Shown here: positions 25,385 through 40,014 of the stretch, piece by piece | Numbering within the stretch: position 1 is the first letter of the stretch | How the letters are laid out: each line of letters opens with the position of its first letter | DNA from: Eledone cirrhosa | Lineage: Eukaryota | Length of the DNA: 64,000 nucleotides | Direction of reading: 5' to 3' | Assembly (NCBI GenBank): GCA_964016885.1 | Contig: OZ024740.1 | Span: 4,960,001-5,024,000, forward strand | Position numbers and translations under genes: made by a program | Notes under the pieces: model-generated | What the model was told of the DNA's origin: nothing | Seen by the model: only the letters and a program-made list of their open reading frames with translations | The model's database searches: none

Positions 25385-28300
25385 GGATGGTTAGATGGTT
25401 AGGAGATGGTTAGGAGATGGAAGATGGTTAGGAAGTGGAAGATGGTTAGGAGATGGTTAGGAGATGGAAGATGGTTAGATGATGGAAGATGGTTAGGAGA
25501 TGGTTAGGAATTGGAAGATGGTTAGATGATGGAAGATTGTTATGAGATTGAAGATGGTTAGGAGATGGAATATGGTTACAAGATGGAAGATGGTTAGCAG
25601 ATGGAAGACGGTTAGGAGATGGAAGATGGTTAGGAGAGGGAAGATGATTAAGAGATGGAAGATGGTTAGAAGATGGAAGATGGTTAGGAGATGGTTAGGA
25701 GATGGAAGATGATTAGGAGATGAAAGATGGTTGGATGGTGGAAGATGGTTAGGAGGTGGAAGATGGTTAGGAGATGGTTAGGAGATGGAAGATGGTTAGA
25801 AGATGGAAGATGGTTAGGAGATGGAAGATGGTTTGAAGGTGGAAAATGGTTAGGAGATGCAAGATGGTTAGTATTTGGAAGATGGTTAGGAGATAGTAGA
25901 TGGTTAGAAGGTGGAAGATGGTTAGGAGATGGAAGATAGTTAGATAATGGAAGATGGTTAGCTAATGGGAGCTGGTTAGGAGATGGAAGATGGTTTGATG
26001 ATGGAAGATGGTTAGATTATGGGAGATGGTTAGGAGACGGGAGATGGTTAGGAGATAGTAGATGGAGAGGAGATGGTTAGAAGATGAAAGATGGTTAGGA
26101 GATCGAAGATGATAAGATGATGGAAGATGGTTAGGAGATAGTGGAAGATTGTTAGGAGATGGAAGATGTTTAGAAGATGGTTAGGAGATGGAAGATGGTT
26201 AGAAGATGGAAAATGGTTAGAAGGCAGATGATTAAGAGATGGGAGATGGTTAGAAGATGGAAGATGGTTAAGAGATGGAAGATGGTAGGAGATGGAATAT
26301 GGTTAGGAGATGGCAGATGGTTAGGAGATGGAAGATGGTTAGGAGGTGGAAGATGGTTAGGAGATGGCTAGGAGAGGGTTAGGAGATGGAAGATGGTTAG
26401 ATGATGGAAGATGGTTAGGAGATGGAAGATGGTTAGGAAGTGGAAGATTGTTAGGAGATGGTAACAAGATGGAAAATGGTTAGTGGTTAGATGATGGAAG
26501 ATGGTTAGGAGATGGAAGATGGTTAGGAGATGGAAGATGGTTAGATGATGGACGACGGTTAGAAGGTGGAAGATGGTTAGGAGACGGTTAGGAGATGGAA
26601 GATGGTTAGGAGATGGAAGATGATTAGGAGATGGAAGATGGTTAGGAGATGGTTAGGAGATGGAAGATGGTTAGGAGATGGTTAGGAGATGGAAGATGGT
26701 TAGGAGATGGAAGATGATTAGATGATGGAAGATGGTTAGGAAATGGGAGATGGTTAGGTGATGTAACATGGTTAGGAGATGGAAGATGGTTAGGAGATGA
26801 TTAGGAGATGGAAGATGGTTAGGAGATTGTTAAGAGATGGAAGATGGTTAGGAGATGGAAGATGATTAGATGATGGAAGATGGTTAGGAAGTGGAAGATG
26901 GTTAGGAGATGGAAGATGATTAGGAGATGGTTAGGAGATGGAAGATTGTTAGATGATAGAAGTTGGTTAGGAGATGGAAGATTGTTAGTAGATGGTTAGG
27001 AGATGGAAGATGGTTAGATGATGGAAGACGGTTAGGAGGTGGAAGATTGTTAGGAGATGGAAGATGGTTAGAAGATGGGAGATCGTTAAGAGATGGAAGA
27101 TGGTTAGGAGATGGAAGATGATTAGATGATGGAAGACGGTCAGGAGATGGAAGATGGTTAAGATGTGATAGATGGTTAGGAGATGGCAGGTGTTTAGAAT
27201 ATGGAAGAAGGTTAGGAGATTGTTAGGAGATGGAAGATGGTTAGGAGATGGAAGATGATTAGATGTTGGAAGATGGTTAGCAAATGGTTAAGAGATGGAA
27301 GATGGTTAGGAAGTGGAATATGGTTAGTAGATGGTTATGAGATGGAAGAGGATTAGATGATGGAAGAAGGTTAGATGATGGAAGATGGTTAGGAGATGGA
27401 AGATTATTTGATGATGGAAGATGGTTAGGAGATGGAGATGGTTAGAATATTGAAGATGGTTAGGAGATGGAAGGTGATTAGATGGATGATGGTTAGGAGA
27501 TGGAAGATGGTTAGAAGATGGAAGATCGTTAGGAGATGGAAGATGGTTAGGAGATGAAAGATAGTTAGGTGGTGGCAGATGGTTAGGAGATGGAAAATGA
27601 TTAGATAATGTAAGATGGTAAGAATATGGAAGATGGTTAGGAGATGGAAGATGGTTAGGAGATGGAAGATGGTTAGCAGATGGAAGATGGTTAGGAGATG
27701 GTTAGGAGATGGTTAGGATTGGAAGATGATTAAGAGATGGATGATGGTTAGGAGATGGAAGATGGTTAGATGGTGGAAGATGGTTAGGAGAAGGTTAGGA
27801 GATGGAAGATGGTTAGGAGGTGGAAGATGGTTAGATGATGGAAGACGGTTAGGAGGTGGAAGATGGTTAGATGGTGGAAGATGGTTAGGAGATGGTTAGG
27901 AGATGAGAGACGGTTAGGAGATGGTTAGTAGATGGAAGATGGTTAGGAGGTGGAAGATGGTTAGGAGGTGGAAAATGTTTAGGAGGTGAAAGATGGTTAG
28001 GAGATGGTTAGGAGATGGCAGTTGGTTAGGAAATGGAAGATGGTTAGATTATGGAAGATGGTTAGGAGGTGGAAGATGGTTAGGAGATGGAAGATGGTTA
28101 GGAGATGGGAGATAGTTGGGAGATGGTTAGTAGGTGGAAGATGGTTAGATGATTGAAGACAGTTAGGAGGTGGATGATGGTTAGGAGATGGTTAGGATTG
28201 GAAGATGATTAGGAGATGGAAGATGGTTAGGAGATGGAAGATGGTTAGATGGTGGTAGATGGTTAGAAGATGGAAGATGGTTAGGAGGTGGAAGATTGTT

Positions 28301-31300
28301 AGGAGATGGAAGATAGTTAGATGACGGAAGATGGCTAGATGATGGAAGATGTTTAGAATATGGAAGATGTTTATAAGATGGAAGATTGTTAGGAGATGGT
28401 TAGGAGATGGAAGATGGTTAGATGATGGAAGATGGTTGGGAGGTGGAAGATGGTTAGGAGATGGAAGATGGTTAGGAGATGGAACACAATTACGAGATGG
28501 GAGATGGTTAGGATTTGGAAAATGCTTAGGTGATGGTTAGGAGATGGAAGATGGTTAGGAGGTGGAAGATGGTTAGGAGGTGGTTAGGAGATGGAAGATG
28601 GTTAGGAGATGGAAAATGGTTAGAAGATGGAAGATGGTTAGGAGATGGAAGATGGTTAGGATATGGTTAGGAGATGGAAGATGGTTAGATGATGGAAGAT
28701 GTTTAGATAATGTTAAATGGTAAGATGGAGGATGGTTATGAGATGGAAGATGGTTAGGATGTGGAAGATGGTTAGGAGATGGAAGATGTTTAGATGATGG
28801 AAGATGGTTAGGAGATTGTTAGGAGATGGAAGATGGTTAGGTGATGTAAGATGGTTAGATGATGGAAGATGGTTAGGACATGGAAGATGGTTAGATGATG
28901 GAAGATGGTTAGATGATGGAAGATGGTTAGGAGATGGAAGATGGTTAGATGATGGTAGACGGTTAGGAGGTGGAACATGGTTAGGAGATGGAACATGTTT
29001 AGGAGGTGGAAGATGGTTAGATGGTGGAAGATGGTTAGGAGATGGTTGGGAGATGGGAGATGGTTAGTAGATGGTTAGTAGGTGGAAGCTGGTTAGGAGG
29101 TGGAAGATGGTTAGGAGGTGGAAAATGTTTAGGAGGTGGAAGATGGTTAGATGGTGGAAGATGTTTAGGAGATGGTTAGGAGATGGCAGTTGGTTAGGAG
29201 ATGGTTAGTAGGTGGAAGATTGTTAAGAGATGGAAGATGGTTAGAAGACGGAAGATGGTTAGATAATGGAAGATGTTTAGAATATGGAAGATGTTTATAA
29301 GATGGAAGATTGTTAGGAGAAGGTTAGGAGAAGGAAGATGGTTAGATGATGGAAGATGATTAGGAGGTGGAAGATGGTTAGGAGATGGATGATGGTTAGG
29401 AGATGGAAGATGGTTAGAAGATGCAAGACGGCCAGGAGATGGAAGATGGTTAGGAGATGGAAGATGGTTAGGAGACGAAAGATAGTTAGGTGGTGGCAGA
29501 AGGTTAGGAGATGGAAGATGGTTAGATAATGTAAGATGGTAAGAAGATGGAAGATGTTTAGGAGATGGAAGATGGTTAGATGATTGAAGACAGTTAGGAG
29601 GTGGAAGATGGTTAGGAGATGGAAGATGGTAAGATGATGGAAGATGGTTAGGAGACGGAAGATGGTTAGATTATGGAAGATGGTTAGATGATGGAAGATG
29701 GTTAGGAGATGGAAGATGGTTAGATGAAGGAAGATTGTTAGGAGATGAAGATGGTTCGGAGATGGAAGATGGTTAGAATATGGAAGATGGTTAGGAGATG
29801 GTTAGGAGATGGAAGATGGTTAGATGATTGAAGACAGTTAGGAGGTGGATGATGGTTAGGAGATGGAAGATGGTTAGGTGTTGGAACATGGTTACGGGGG
29901 TGGAAGATGGTAAGGTGATGGAAGATGGTTAGGAGATGGTTAGGAGATGGAAGATGATTAGATAATGGAAGATAGTTAGGAGATGGAAGATGGTTAGATG
30001 ATGGAAGATGGTTAGGAGGTGGAAGATGGTTAGGAGATGGAAGATGGTTAGGAGATGGAACACAATTACGAGATGGTTAGAAGATGGAAGATGGTTAGGA
30101 GGTGGAAGATGGTTAGGAGATGTAAGAGAGTTAGGAGGTGGAGGATGGTTAGGAGATGGAAGATGGTTAGGAGTTGCTAAGGAGATGGAAGATGGTTAGG
30201 AAGTGGAAGATTGTTAGGTGATGGTTAGGTGTTGGAAGATGGTTAGAAGATGGAGATGGTTAAGACATGGAAGATGGCTAGGATATGGAAGATGGCTAGC
30301 AGATTGTTAGGAGATGAAGACGGTTAGATGATGGAAGACGGTTAGCAGGTGGAAGATGGTTAGGAGATGGTTAGAAGATGGAAGATGGTTAGGAGATGGA
30401 AGATGATTAGGAGATGGAAGATGGTTAGGAGATGGAAGATGATTAGGTGTTGGAACATGGTTACGGGGGTGAAAGATGGTAAGGTGATGGAAGATGGTTA
30501 GGAGATGGTTAGGAGATGGAAGATGATTAGATAATGGAAGATAGTTAGGAGATGGAAGATGGTTAGAAGATGGAAGATGGTTAAGAGATGGAAGATGGGT
30601 AGGAGATGATTAGGAGATGGAAAATGGTTAGATGATGGAAGATGGTTAGTAGGTGGACGTTGGTTAGGAGATGGAAGATGGTTAGGAGATGGCAGATGGT
30701 TAGATGATAGAAGATTGTTAGGAAATGGTAGATGGTTACGGGGTGGAAGATGGTTAGGAGATGGAAGATGGTTAGGAGATGGAAGATGGCTAGATGATGG
30801 AAGATGGTTAGGAGATGGAAGATGGTTAGGAGATGGAAGATGGTTAGGAGATGGAATATGGTTAGGAGGGGGAGGATGGTTAGATAATATTAGATGGTAA
30901 GAAGATGGAAGATGTTTAGGAGATGGAAGATCGTTAGGATGTGGAAGATGGTCAGGAGATGGAAGATGTTTAGATGATGGAATATGGTTAAGAGATTGTT
31001 AGGAGATGGAAGATGGTTAGAAGATGGAAGATGGTTAGGAGATGGAAGATGGTTAGGAGATGTTTAGGAGATGGAAGATGGTTAGATGATGGAAGATGTT
31101 TAGGAGATGGAAGATAGTTAGGAGATGAAAGATGATTAGGAGATGGAAGATGGTTAGCAGATGGCAGATGGTTAGATGATGGAAGATGGTTACGAGATGG
31201 TAGATGGTTTCGGGTTGGAAGCTGGTTAGGTGATGGAACATGGTTAGGAAATGGTTAGGAGATGGAAGATGGTTAGGAGATGGAAGATGGTTAGGAGATG

Positions 31301-34300
31301 GAAGAAGGTTAGGAGATGGTTATGAGATGGAAGATTGTTAGGAGATGGTGAGGAGATGGAAGATGTTTAGGAAGTGGAAGATTATTAGGAGATGGTTAGG
31401 AGATAGAAGCTGCTTAAGAGATGGAAGATGGTTAGGAAGTGGAAGATTGTTAGGCGATGGCTAGGAGGTGGCTAGGAGATGGAAGATGGTTAGGAGATGG
31501 TTAGGAGATGGAAGATGGTTCCATGATGGAAGATGGTTCCATGATGGAAGATGGTTAGGAGATGGAACATCGTTAGGAGATGGAAGATGGTTAGATGATG
31601 GAAGACGGTAGGCGGTGGAAGATGGTTAGGAGATGGTTAGGAGATGGAAGATAATTAGGAGATGGAAGATTGTTAGGAGATGGAAGATGGTTAGGAGATG
31701 GAATATGGTTAGAAGATGGAAGATGGTTAGGAGATGGAAGATTGTTAGGAAGTGGAAGATTGTTAGGAGATCGTTAGGAGATGGAGGCTGGTTACATGAT
31801 GGAAGATGCTTAGGAGATGCAAGATGGTTAGTTGATGGAAGACGGTTAGGAGGTAGAAGATGGTTAGGAGATGGTTTGGAGATGGAGGATGGTTAGGAGA
31901 TGGAAGATGATTAGGAGATGGAAGATGGTTAGGAGATGGAAGATGCTCCGGAGAGGGAAGATGATTAGATGATGGAAGATGGTTAGGATATGGAAGATGG
32001 TTAGATTATGGAAGACTGTTAGGAGATGGAAGATGGTTAGGAGATGGAAGATGGTTAGGAAGTGGAAGATGATTAGATGATGGAAGATGGTTAGGAAATG
32101 GTTAAAGATGGAAAATGGTTAGGAAGTGGACGATGGTTAGGAGATGGTAGGAGATGGAAGATGGTTAGATGATGGAAGATGGTTAGGAGTTGTAAGATGG
32201 TTAGATGATGGAAGATTGTTAGATGATGGAAGATGGTTGGGAGATGGTTAGGAGATGGAAGATGGTTTGATGATAGAAGATGGTTAAGAGATGGTCGATG
32301 GTTAGATGATGGAAGATGGTTAGGAGATGGAAGATCGTTAGATGATGGAAGATTGTTAGGAGATGAGGATGGTTAGTAGATGGGGATGGTTAGGATGTGG
32401 AAGATGGTTAGGAGATGGAAGAGGGTTAAAATATGGAAGATGTTTAGGAGATGGTTAGGAGAGGGAAGCTGGTTAGATGATTGAAGACAGTTAGGAGGTA
32501 GACGATGGTTAGGAGTTGGTTAGGAGATGGAAGATGGTTAGATGGTTGAAGACGGTTAGGAGATAGTTAGGAGATGGAAGATGGTTAGATGGTTGAAGAC
32601 GGTTAGGAGATAGTTAGGAGATGGAAGATGGTTAGGAGGTGGAAGATGGCTAGATGATGGTTAGGAGATGGAAGATAATTAGATGATGGAAGATGGTTAG
32701 GAGGTAGAGATGGTTCGGAGATGAAAGATGATTAGGAGATGGAAGATGGTTAGGAGATGAAAGATGATTAGTAGATGAAAGATGGTTAGCAGATGGCAGA
32801 TGGTTAGATGATGGAAGATGGTTAGGAGATGGAAGATGGTTAGTAGATGGAATATGTTTAGAAGAAGGATGATGGTTAGGAGATGGAAGATGTTTAGTAG
32901 ATGGTTAGGAGATGGATGCTGATTAGATGATGGAAGATGGTTAGGAGATGGAAGATGGTTAGAAGAAGGATGATGGTTAGGAGATGGAAGATGTTTAGTA
33001 GATGGTTAGGAGATGGATGCTGATTAGATGACGGAAGATGGTTAGTAGATGGAAGATGGTTAGGAGATGGTTAGGAGATTGTTAGGAGATGGGAGATGGT
33101 TAGGAGATGGAAGATGATTAGATGATGGAAGATGGTTAGGAGATGGTTAGGAGATGGAACATTGTTAGGAGATGGAAGATGATTAGGGGATGGAAGATGG
33201 TTAGCAGATGGAAGATGGTTAGAAGATGGAAGATCGTTAGGAGATGGAAGATGGTTAGGAGATCGAAGATGATTAGATGATGGAAGACAGCCAGGAGATG
33301 GAAGATGGTTAGGAGATGGAAGATGGTTAGGAGATGAAAGATAGTTAGGTGGTGGCAGATAGTTAGGAGATGGAAGATGATTAGATAATGTAAGATGGTA
33401 AGAAGATGGAAGATGGTTAGGAGATGGAAGATGGTTAGGATGTGGAAGATGGTTAAGAGATGGAAGATGTTTAGAATATGGAAGATGGTTAGGCGATTGT
33501 TAGCAGATGGAAGATGGTTAGATGATGGAAGATGGTTAGGAAATGGTTAGGAGATGAAAGATGGTTAGGAAGTGGAAGATGGTTAGGAGATGTTTAGGAG
33601 ATGGAAGGTGGTTAGATGATGGAAGATGGCTAGGAGATGGAAGATGGTTAGATGATGGAAGATGGTTAGGAGATGGAAGATTGTTAGGAAGTGGAAGATT
33701 GTTAGGAGATCGTTAGGAGATGGAGGCTGGTTACATGATGGAAGATGCTTAGGAGATGCAAGATGGTTAGTTGATGGAAGACGGTTAGGAGGTAGAAGAT
33801 GGTTAGGAGATGGTTTGGAGATGGAGGATGGTTAGGAGATGGAAGATGATTAGGAGATGGAAGATGGTTAGGAGATGGAAGATGCTCCGGAGATGGAAGA
33901 TGATTAGATGATGGAAGATGGTTAGGATATGGAAGATGGTTAGATTATGGAAGACTGTTAGGAGATGGAAGATGGTTAGGAGATGGAAGATGGTTAGGAA
34001 GTGGAAGATGATTAGATGATGGAAGATGGTTAGGAAATGGTTAAAGATGGAAAATGGTTAGGAAGTGGACGATGGTTAGGAGATGGTAGGAGATGGAAGA
34101 TGGTTAGATGATGGAAGATGGTTAGGAGTTGTAAGATGGTTAGATGATGGAAGATTGTTAGATGATGGAAGATGGTTGGGAGATGGTTAGGAGATGGAAG
34201 ATGGTTTGATGATAGAAGATGGTTAAGAGATGGTCGATGGTTAGATGATGGAAGATGGTTAGGAGATGGAAGATCGTTAGATGATGGAAGATTGTTAGGA

Positions 34301-35765
34301 GATGAGGATGGTTAGTAGATGGGGATGGTTAGGATGTGGAAGATGGTTAGGAGATGGAAGAGGGTTAAAATATGGAAGATGTTTAGGAGATGGTTAGGAG
34401 AGGGAAGCTGGTTAGATGATTGAAGACAGTTAGGAGGTAGACGATGGTTAGGAGTTGGTTAGGAGATGGAAGATGGTTAGATGGTTGAAGACGGTTAGGA
34501 GATAGTTAGGAGATGGAAGATGGTTAGATGGTTGAAGACGGTTAGGAGATAGTTAGGAGATGGAAGATGGTTAGGAGGTGGAAGATGGCTAGATGATGGT
34601 TAGGAGATGGAAGATAATTAGATGATGGAAGATGGTTAGGAGGTAGAGATGGTTCGGAGATGAAAGATGATTAGGAGATGGAAGATGGTTAGGAGATGAA
34701 AGATGATTAGTAGATGAAAGATGGTTAGCAGATGGCAGATGGTTAGATGATGGAAGATGGTTAGGAGATGGAAGATGGTTAGTAGATGGAATATGTTTAG
34801 AAGAAGGATGATGGTTAGGAGATGGAAGATGTTTAGTAGATGGTTAGGAGATGGATGCTGATTAGATGATGGAAGATGGTTAGGAGATGGAAGATGGTTA
34901 GAAGAAGGATGATGGTTAGGAGATGGAAGATGTTTAGTAGATGGTTAGGAGATGGATGCTGATTAGATGACGGAAGATGGTTAGTAGATGGAAGATGGTT
35001 AGGAGATGGTTAGGAGATTGTTAGGAGATGGGAGATGGTTAGGAGATGGAAGATGATTAGATGATGGAAGATGGTTAGGAGATGGTTAGGAGATGGAACA
35101 TTGTTAGGAGATGGAAGATGATTAGGGGATGGAAGATGGTTAGCAGATGGAAGATGGTTAGAAGATGGAAGATCGTTAGGAGATGGAAGATGGTTAGGAG
35201 ATCGAAGATGATTAGATGATGGAAGACAGCCAGGAGATGGAAGATGGTTAGGAGATGGAAGATGGTTAGGAGATGAAAGATAGTTAGGTGGTGGCAGATA
35301 GTTAGGAGATGGAAGATGATTAGATAATGTAAGATGGTAAGAAGATGGAAGATGGTTAGGAGATGGAAGATGGTTAGGATGTGGAAGATGGTTAAGAGAT
35401 GGAAGATGTTTAGAATATGGAAGATGGTTAGGCGATTGTTAGCAGATGGAAGATGGTTAGATGATGGAAGATGGTTAGGAAATGGTTAGGAGATGAAAGA
35501 TGGTTAGGAAGTGGAAGATGGTTAGGAGATGTTTAGGAGATGGAAGGTGGTTAGATGATGGAAGATGGCTAGGAGATGGAAGATGGTTAGATGATGGAAG
35601 ATGGTTAGGAAATGGAAGATGGTTAGATGATGGAAGATGGTTAGGAAATGGAAGATGGTTTAGATGATGGAAGATGGTTAGATGATGGAAGATGGTTAGG
35701 AGATGGAAGATGGTTAGAATATGGACGATGGTTAGGAGGTGGAAGATGGCTAGGAGATGGAAGAT
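25385..35765. repeat. 10.4-kb purine-rich satellite, 18-bp GGTTAGGAGATGGAAGAT with 11-bp GGTTAGGAGAT variants
   Basis: Directly visible diverged tandem array, including a 1939-bp higher-order duplication. Confidence 0.97.
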
Positions 35766-36639
35766 AAAAGTATATTCTAGAAATAAATGTTTATTTTTTT
35801 CATTAACCAAAAGCTCTGATGCAGGAAATAAAAAGTAAATAACAAGAATAGAAAAGGTGTAATTAAATAAATATCTCGGCTGCCATTGTTGGGTTATTAT
35901 TATTATTACAGAAAGAAATAAGGTAAGAACAAAAATCGCAAATTTTAAGTAGCTTTGTTTCTCTCCCTCTCTCTCTTTCTCTCCACTACCACTCTCTCCC
36001 CCTCACCCTCCGTCTCCCCACCTCTCTCTCCAGTTGATGTCTGCTACTGTATCACCATTCACATGTTCTGTTAGCTGTATCCATAACACAGGTGTTATAC
36101 TCTCTCTCTCTAACAGCACCATCATCACCACCATCGCTGTCAACACCACCATCACCACCATCACCACTACCAACCACCACCTCCACAGCTGTCACCACCA
36201 GCACCATTACCCCCCCCCCCCATCACCAACCACAATCACTACCCCCCCCCCCCCCCCATCACCACCACCACAGCTGTCACCACCAACAGCAACTCCAACC
36301 TTACACCTCTCTCTTCTGTAAAGTGAAATCTATGTTTAACAAAACACCCACAACTGTTAATCTATTCTAGAGAAAGCTGACAGAACAGTTGATGACTTTA
36401 AAGAAATGATTAAAGGGAAATTTCACAAATTTTATTTTCATTCCAAGATTTACCAAAGTGTGGAAACACCACTTTGCATTCACACAGCTTCTAGTAGCCA
36501 GACAGATACTGTAAGGCCCATATAATAGGATATCTCGTAAATAATGCATTTTTTAATAGTTTTTTATTTTTAAAAATTAAGATAAACTGTTCCTCGGATA
36601 ATGACCAAAAGAACATGATTGCGAATACAAGCGACCGAA

Positions 36640-36985
36640 AGGGGGTTTCTCCGAAGGGTCTTTGGTGTAAGGTTACTCCATAGAGTGTATAACTCAGAGA
36701 TCAGAGAGTCTAGGTAGAGCCACTACTTCTCTAAATTGAGAGATCCCAGCTCTGATACTATGGGCATGTGTTTAGAATGGCCAAGGAAAGAATTGCTGAA
36801 CAGATTTTATGGGTAAAACCAACCAACAGGAGACAGAGGTAGACCCTGAGCAAGATGGTTGGATAACATCCATGAACTTGGCTGGTCTCAGATCAATTGG
36901 AGATGGGTGGTTTTGACAGGACCTGCTGGAAGGAATGTTTGAGGACTCTGATCCCACAACCCTCTCGGGAATAAGTGGGTAAAGA
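36640..36985 (+). mobile_element. Old RTE-type LINE 3' fragment (further family)
   Basis: Decayed frames read EPLLL.IERSQL.YYGHVFRMAKERIAEQIL..KP...RGRP.ARWLDNI. Confidence 0.65.
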
Positions 36986-38231
36986 AGAAGAAAAAAGAAA
37001 ATAAACTGCACTTTTCAAAGCTTGCACAAAGAATAAGGGTAAGGTGAATTTAATACCTGCTTTTATAACAAATTTAACAGGTGTTTATCCCCACTTCCTC
37101 CGACTTTTATTGCATGCAATCGAAAAGGACCTGTCCAACCCATGCAAGCATGGAAAACAGATATAGAAACGGTGATAATGATGATGATAATGATTATGTA
37201 GCGACAGTATTGTACTTGATGTGGGAGCAATACTCCACTGAGATTCTCATCTGTTCTTTGTAAGGGGCCAGTAGTTTTATCGGGAAAGATGTATTTTCTA
37301 GATCTGAAGAAGACCAGTCTTTGAAATACAGCTTATGTTAACTTAACAATATATTTTCTGTTATGTCTCATATATATTTCAAAAGCTCAACAGTCTATTC
37401 ACAGTAAATCAATATTTTTGACACAAAATTAACTGGATTTCTCTTCTAAAACATTACCGCTCATAAGGGTAGCATCACATTGCATATTTCAGTTGATTGT
37501 TTCATGTACATAAATAAATAAATAGTATGGAAAGCAGGCATAAAATGATGATAGAACTGCAGCAAAAATCTGTTCTCTGTTCAATAAATAAATATATAAA
37601 TGTAAAAGACTTAACATGATTTGCTATACAGCTATCAGATAAGTTCTTCCCTCTGAGGAATAGATAGATAGCTAGATAAAATTACAAGCAAAAATTCAGA
37701 ATTTTCTGTAAGAAATATCATATCTCCACAAAATGATTTATAATTGTTGATAGCTAGCAGCAATATCAATATAGAGCTATTTGCAGGTAGATAAATAATT
37801 ATTATCATCAGCGCCTTCACCATCGTCATTTTTCATCCACTTTCCATGGTGGCATGGCTTGTACAGGTTGCCATGGTCCAAGTTAAATCGTATTTGGTGA
37901 GACTGACCTTCTAGAATTTAGAAGTTTTGTGTCTCACGATCAAAGGCTCGTAATAAACTCAACATTGTGAAAAAGGTTGTCTTTGACTATCATTGATATC
38001 GATCTAGCCGAATATAAAACAACTCAGAGATGCATCAACTACAGGGAATATTGAATTTATTCAATGAGATCCACAGGGATCTCATCAAATAAATCTGTAT
38101 CTTTTTGTTTTATTTATTAATTACTCAGATATTTAAAAAGGTTTATTAAGAATTATTTTACTAGTGTGCATAAATGTTTCATAGAATTTAATTGTTAAAC
38201 ACAAGTTTATAATAATTAAATTAGTTTTACG

Positions 38232-38317
38232 TGGTGGATTGGCAGGATCGGTAGAGGGTCAGATGCCATGCTTTGAAGCACAGTTACGTCCCTTTATGGA
38301 CTGAGTTCAAATCCCGC
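38232..38317 (+). mobile_element. SINE tRNA-like head (type 2), truncated where the 9-bp array begins
   Basis: GGTGGATTGGCAGGATCGGTAGAG (A box) and GAGTTCAAATCCCGCC (B box). Confidence 0.75.
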
Positions 38318-39985
38318 CATCACCATCAATACCACCACTACCACCACTACCAGCACTACCGCCACTACCACCACTACCATCACTACCACCACTACCAGCA
38401 CTACCATCACTACCATAACTACCACCACTACCACCACTACCACCACTACCATCACTACCACCACTACCACCACTACCGCCACTACCATCACTACCACCAC
38501 TACCACCACTACCATCACTACCATAACTACCACCACTACCACCACTACCATCACTACCATCACTACCACCACTACCATCACTACCATCACTACCATAACT
38601 ACCATAACTACCACCACTACCATCACTACCACCACTACCATCACTACCATCACTACCATCACTACCATAACTACCACCACTACCATCACTACCACCACTA
38701 CCACCACTACCATCACTACCATCACTACCATCACTACCACCACTACCACCACTACCACCACTACCACCACTACCATCACTACCACCACTACCACCACTAC
38801 CACCACTACCATCACTACCACCACTACCACCACTACCATCACTACCACCACTACCACCATTACCATCACTACCACCACTACCATCACTACCACCACTACC
38901 ATCACTACCACCACTACCACCACTACCATAGCTACCACCACTACCACCACTGCCACCACTACCACCACTACCACCACTACCACCACTACCATCACTACCA
39001 CCACTACCACCACTACCACCACTACCATCACTACCATCACTACCACCACTACCATCACTACCACCACTACCACCACTACCACCACTACCATCACTACCAC
39101 CACTACCACCACTACCACCACTACCACCACTACCATCACTACCACCACTACCACCACTACCACCACTACCACCACTACCATCACTACCACCACTACCATC
39201 ACTACCACCACTACCACCACTACCGCCACTACCACCACTACCACCACTACCACCACTACCACCACTACCACCACTACCACCACTACCACCACTACCATCA
39301 CTACCACCACTACCATCACTACCACCACTACCACCACTACCACCACTACCACCACTACCACCACTACCATCACTACCACCACTACCACCACTACCACCAC
39401 TACCATCACTACCACCACTACCACCACTACCACCACTACCACCACTACCACCACTACCACCACTACCATCACTACCACCACTACCATCACTACCACCACT
39501 ACCATCACTACCACCACTACCACCACTACCACCACTACCATCACTACCACCACTACCATCACTACCACCACTACCACCACTACCACCACTACCACCACTA
39601 CCATCACTACCACCACTACCACCACTACCACCACTACCACCACTACCATCACTACCACCACTACCATCACTACCACCACTACCATCACTACCACCACTAC
39701 CACCACTACCACCACTACCACCACTACCATCACTACCATCACTACCATCACTACCATCACTACCACCACTACCATCACTACCACCACTACCACCACTACC
39801 ACCACTACCACCACTACCATCACTACCACCACTACCACCACTACCATCACTACCACCACTACCACCACTACCATCACTACCACCACTACCACCACTACCA
39901 CCACTACCACCACTACCACCACTACCACCACTACCACCACTACCACCACTACCACCACTACCACCACTACCACCACTACCATCAC
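38318..39985. repeat. 9-bp tandem repeat (CACTACCAY)n, ~185 units
   Basis: Directly visible array. Confidence 0.97.
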
Positions 39986-40014
39986 TGTCATCTTTCTTCC
40001 TCAAAATTTGGCTG

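Noticed and set aside
25385-35765. True telomeric array
   Set aside because: TTAGG occurs only embedded in an 18-bp unit; there are no tandem TTAGG or TTAGGG runs.
37296-37352. HHR-like CTGAAGA-AGAC(ca)GTCT-tt-GAAA
   Set aside because: Extra bases before GAAA and poor stems I and III; at best a heavily decayed relic.
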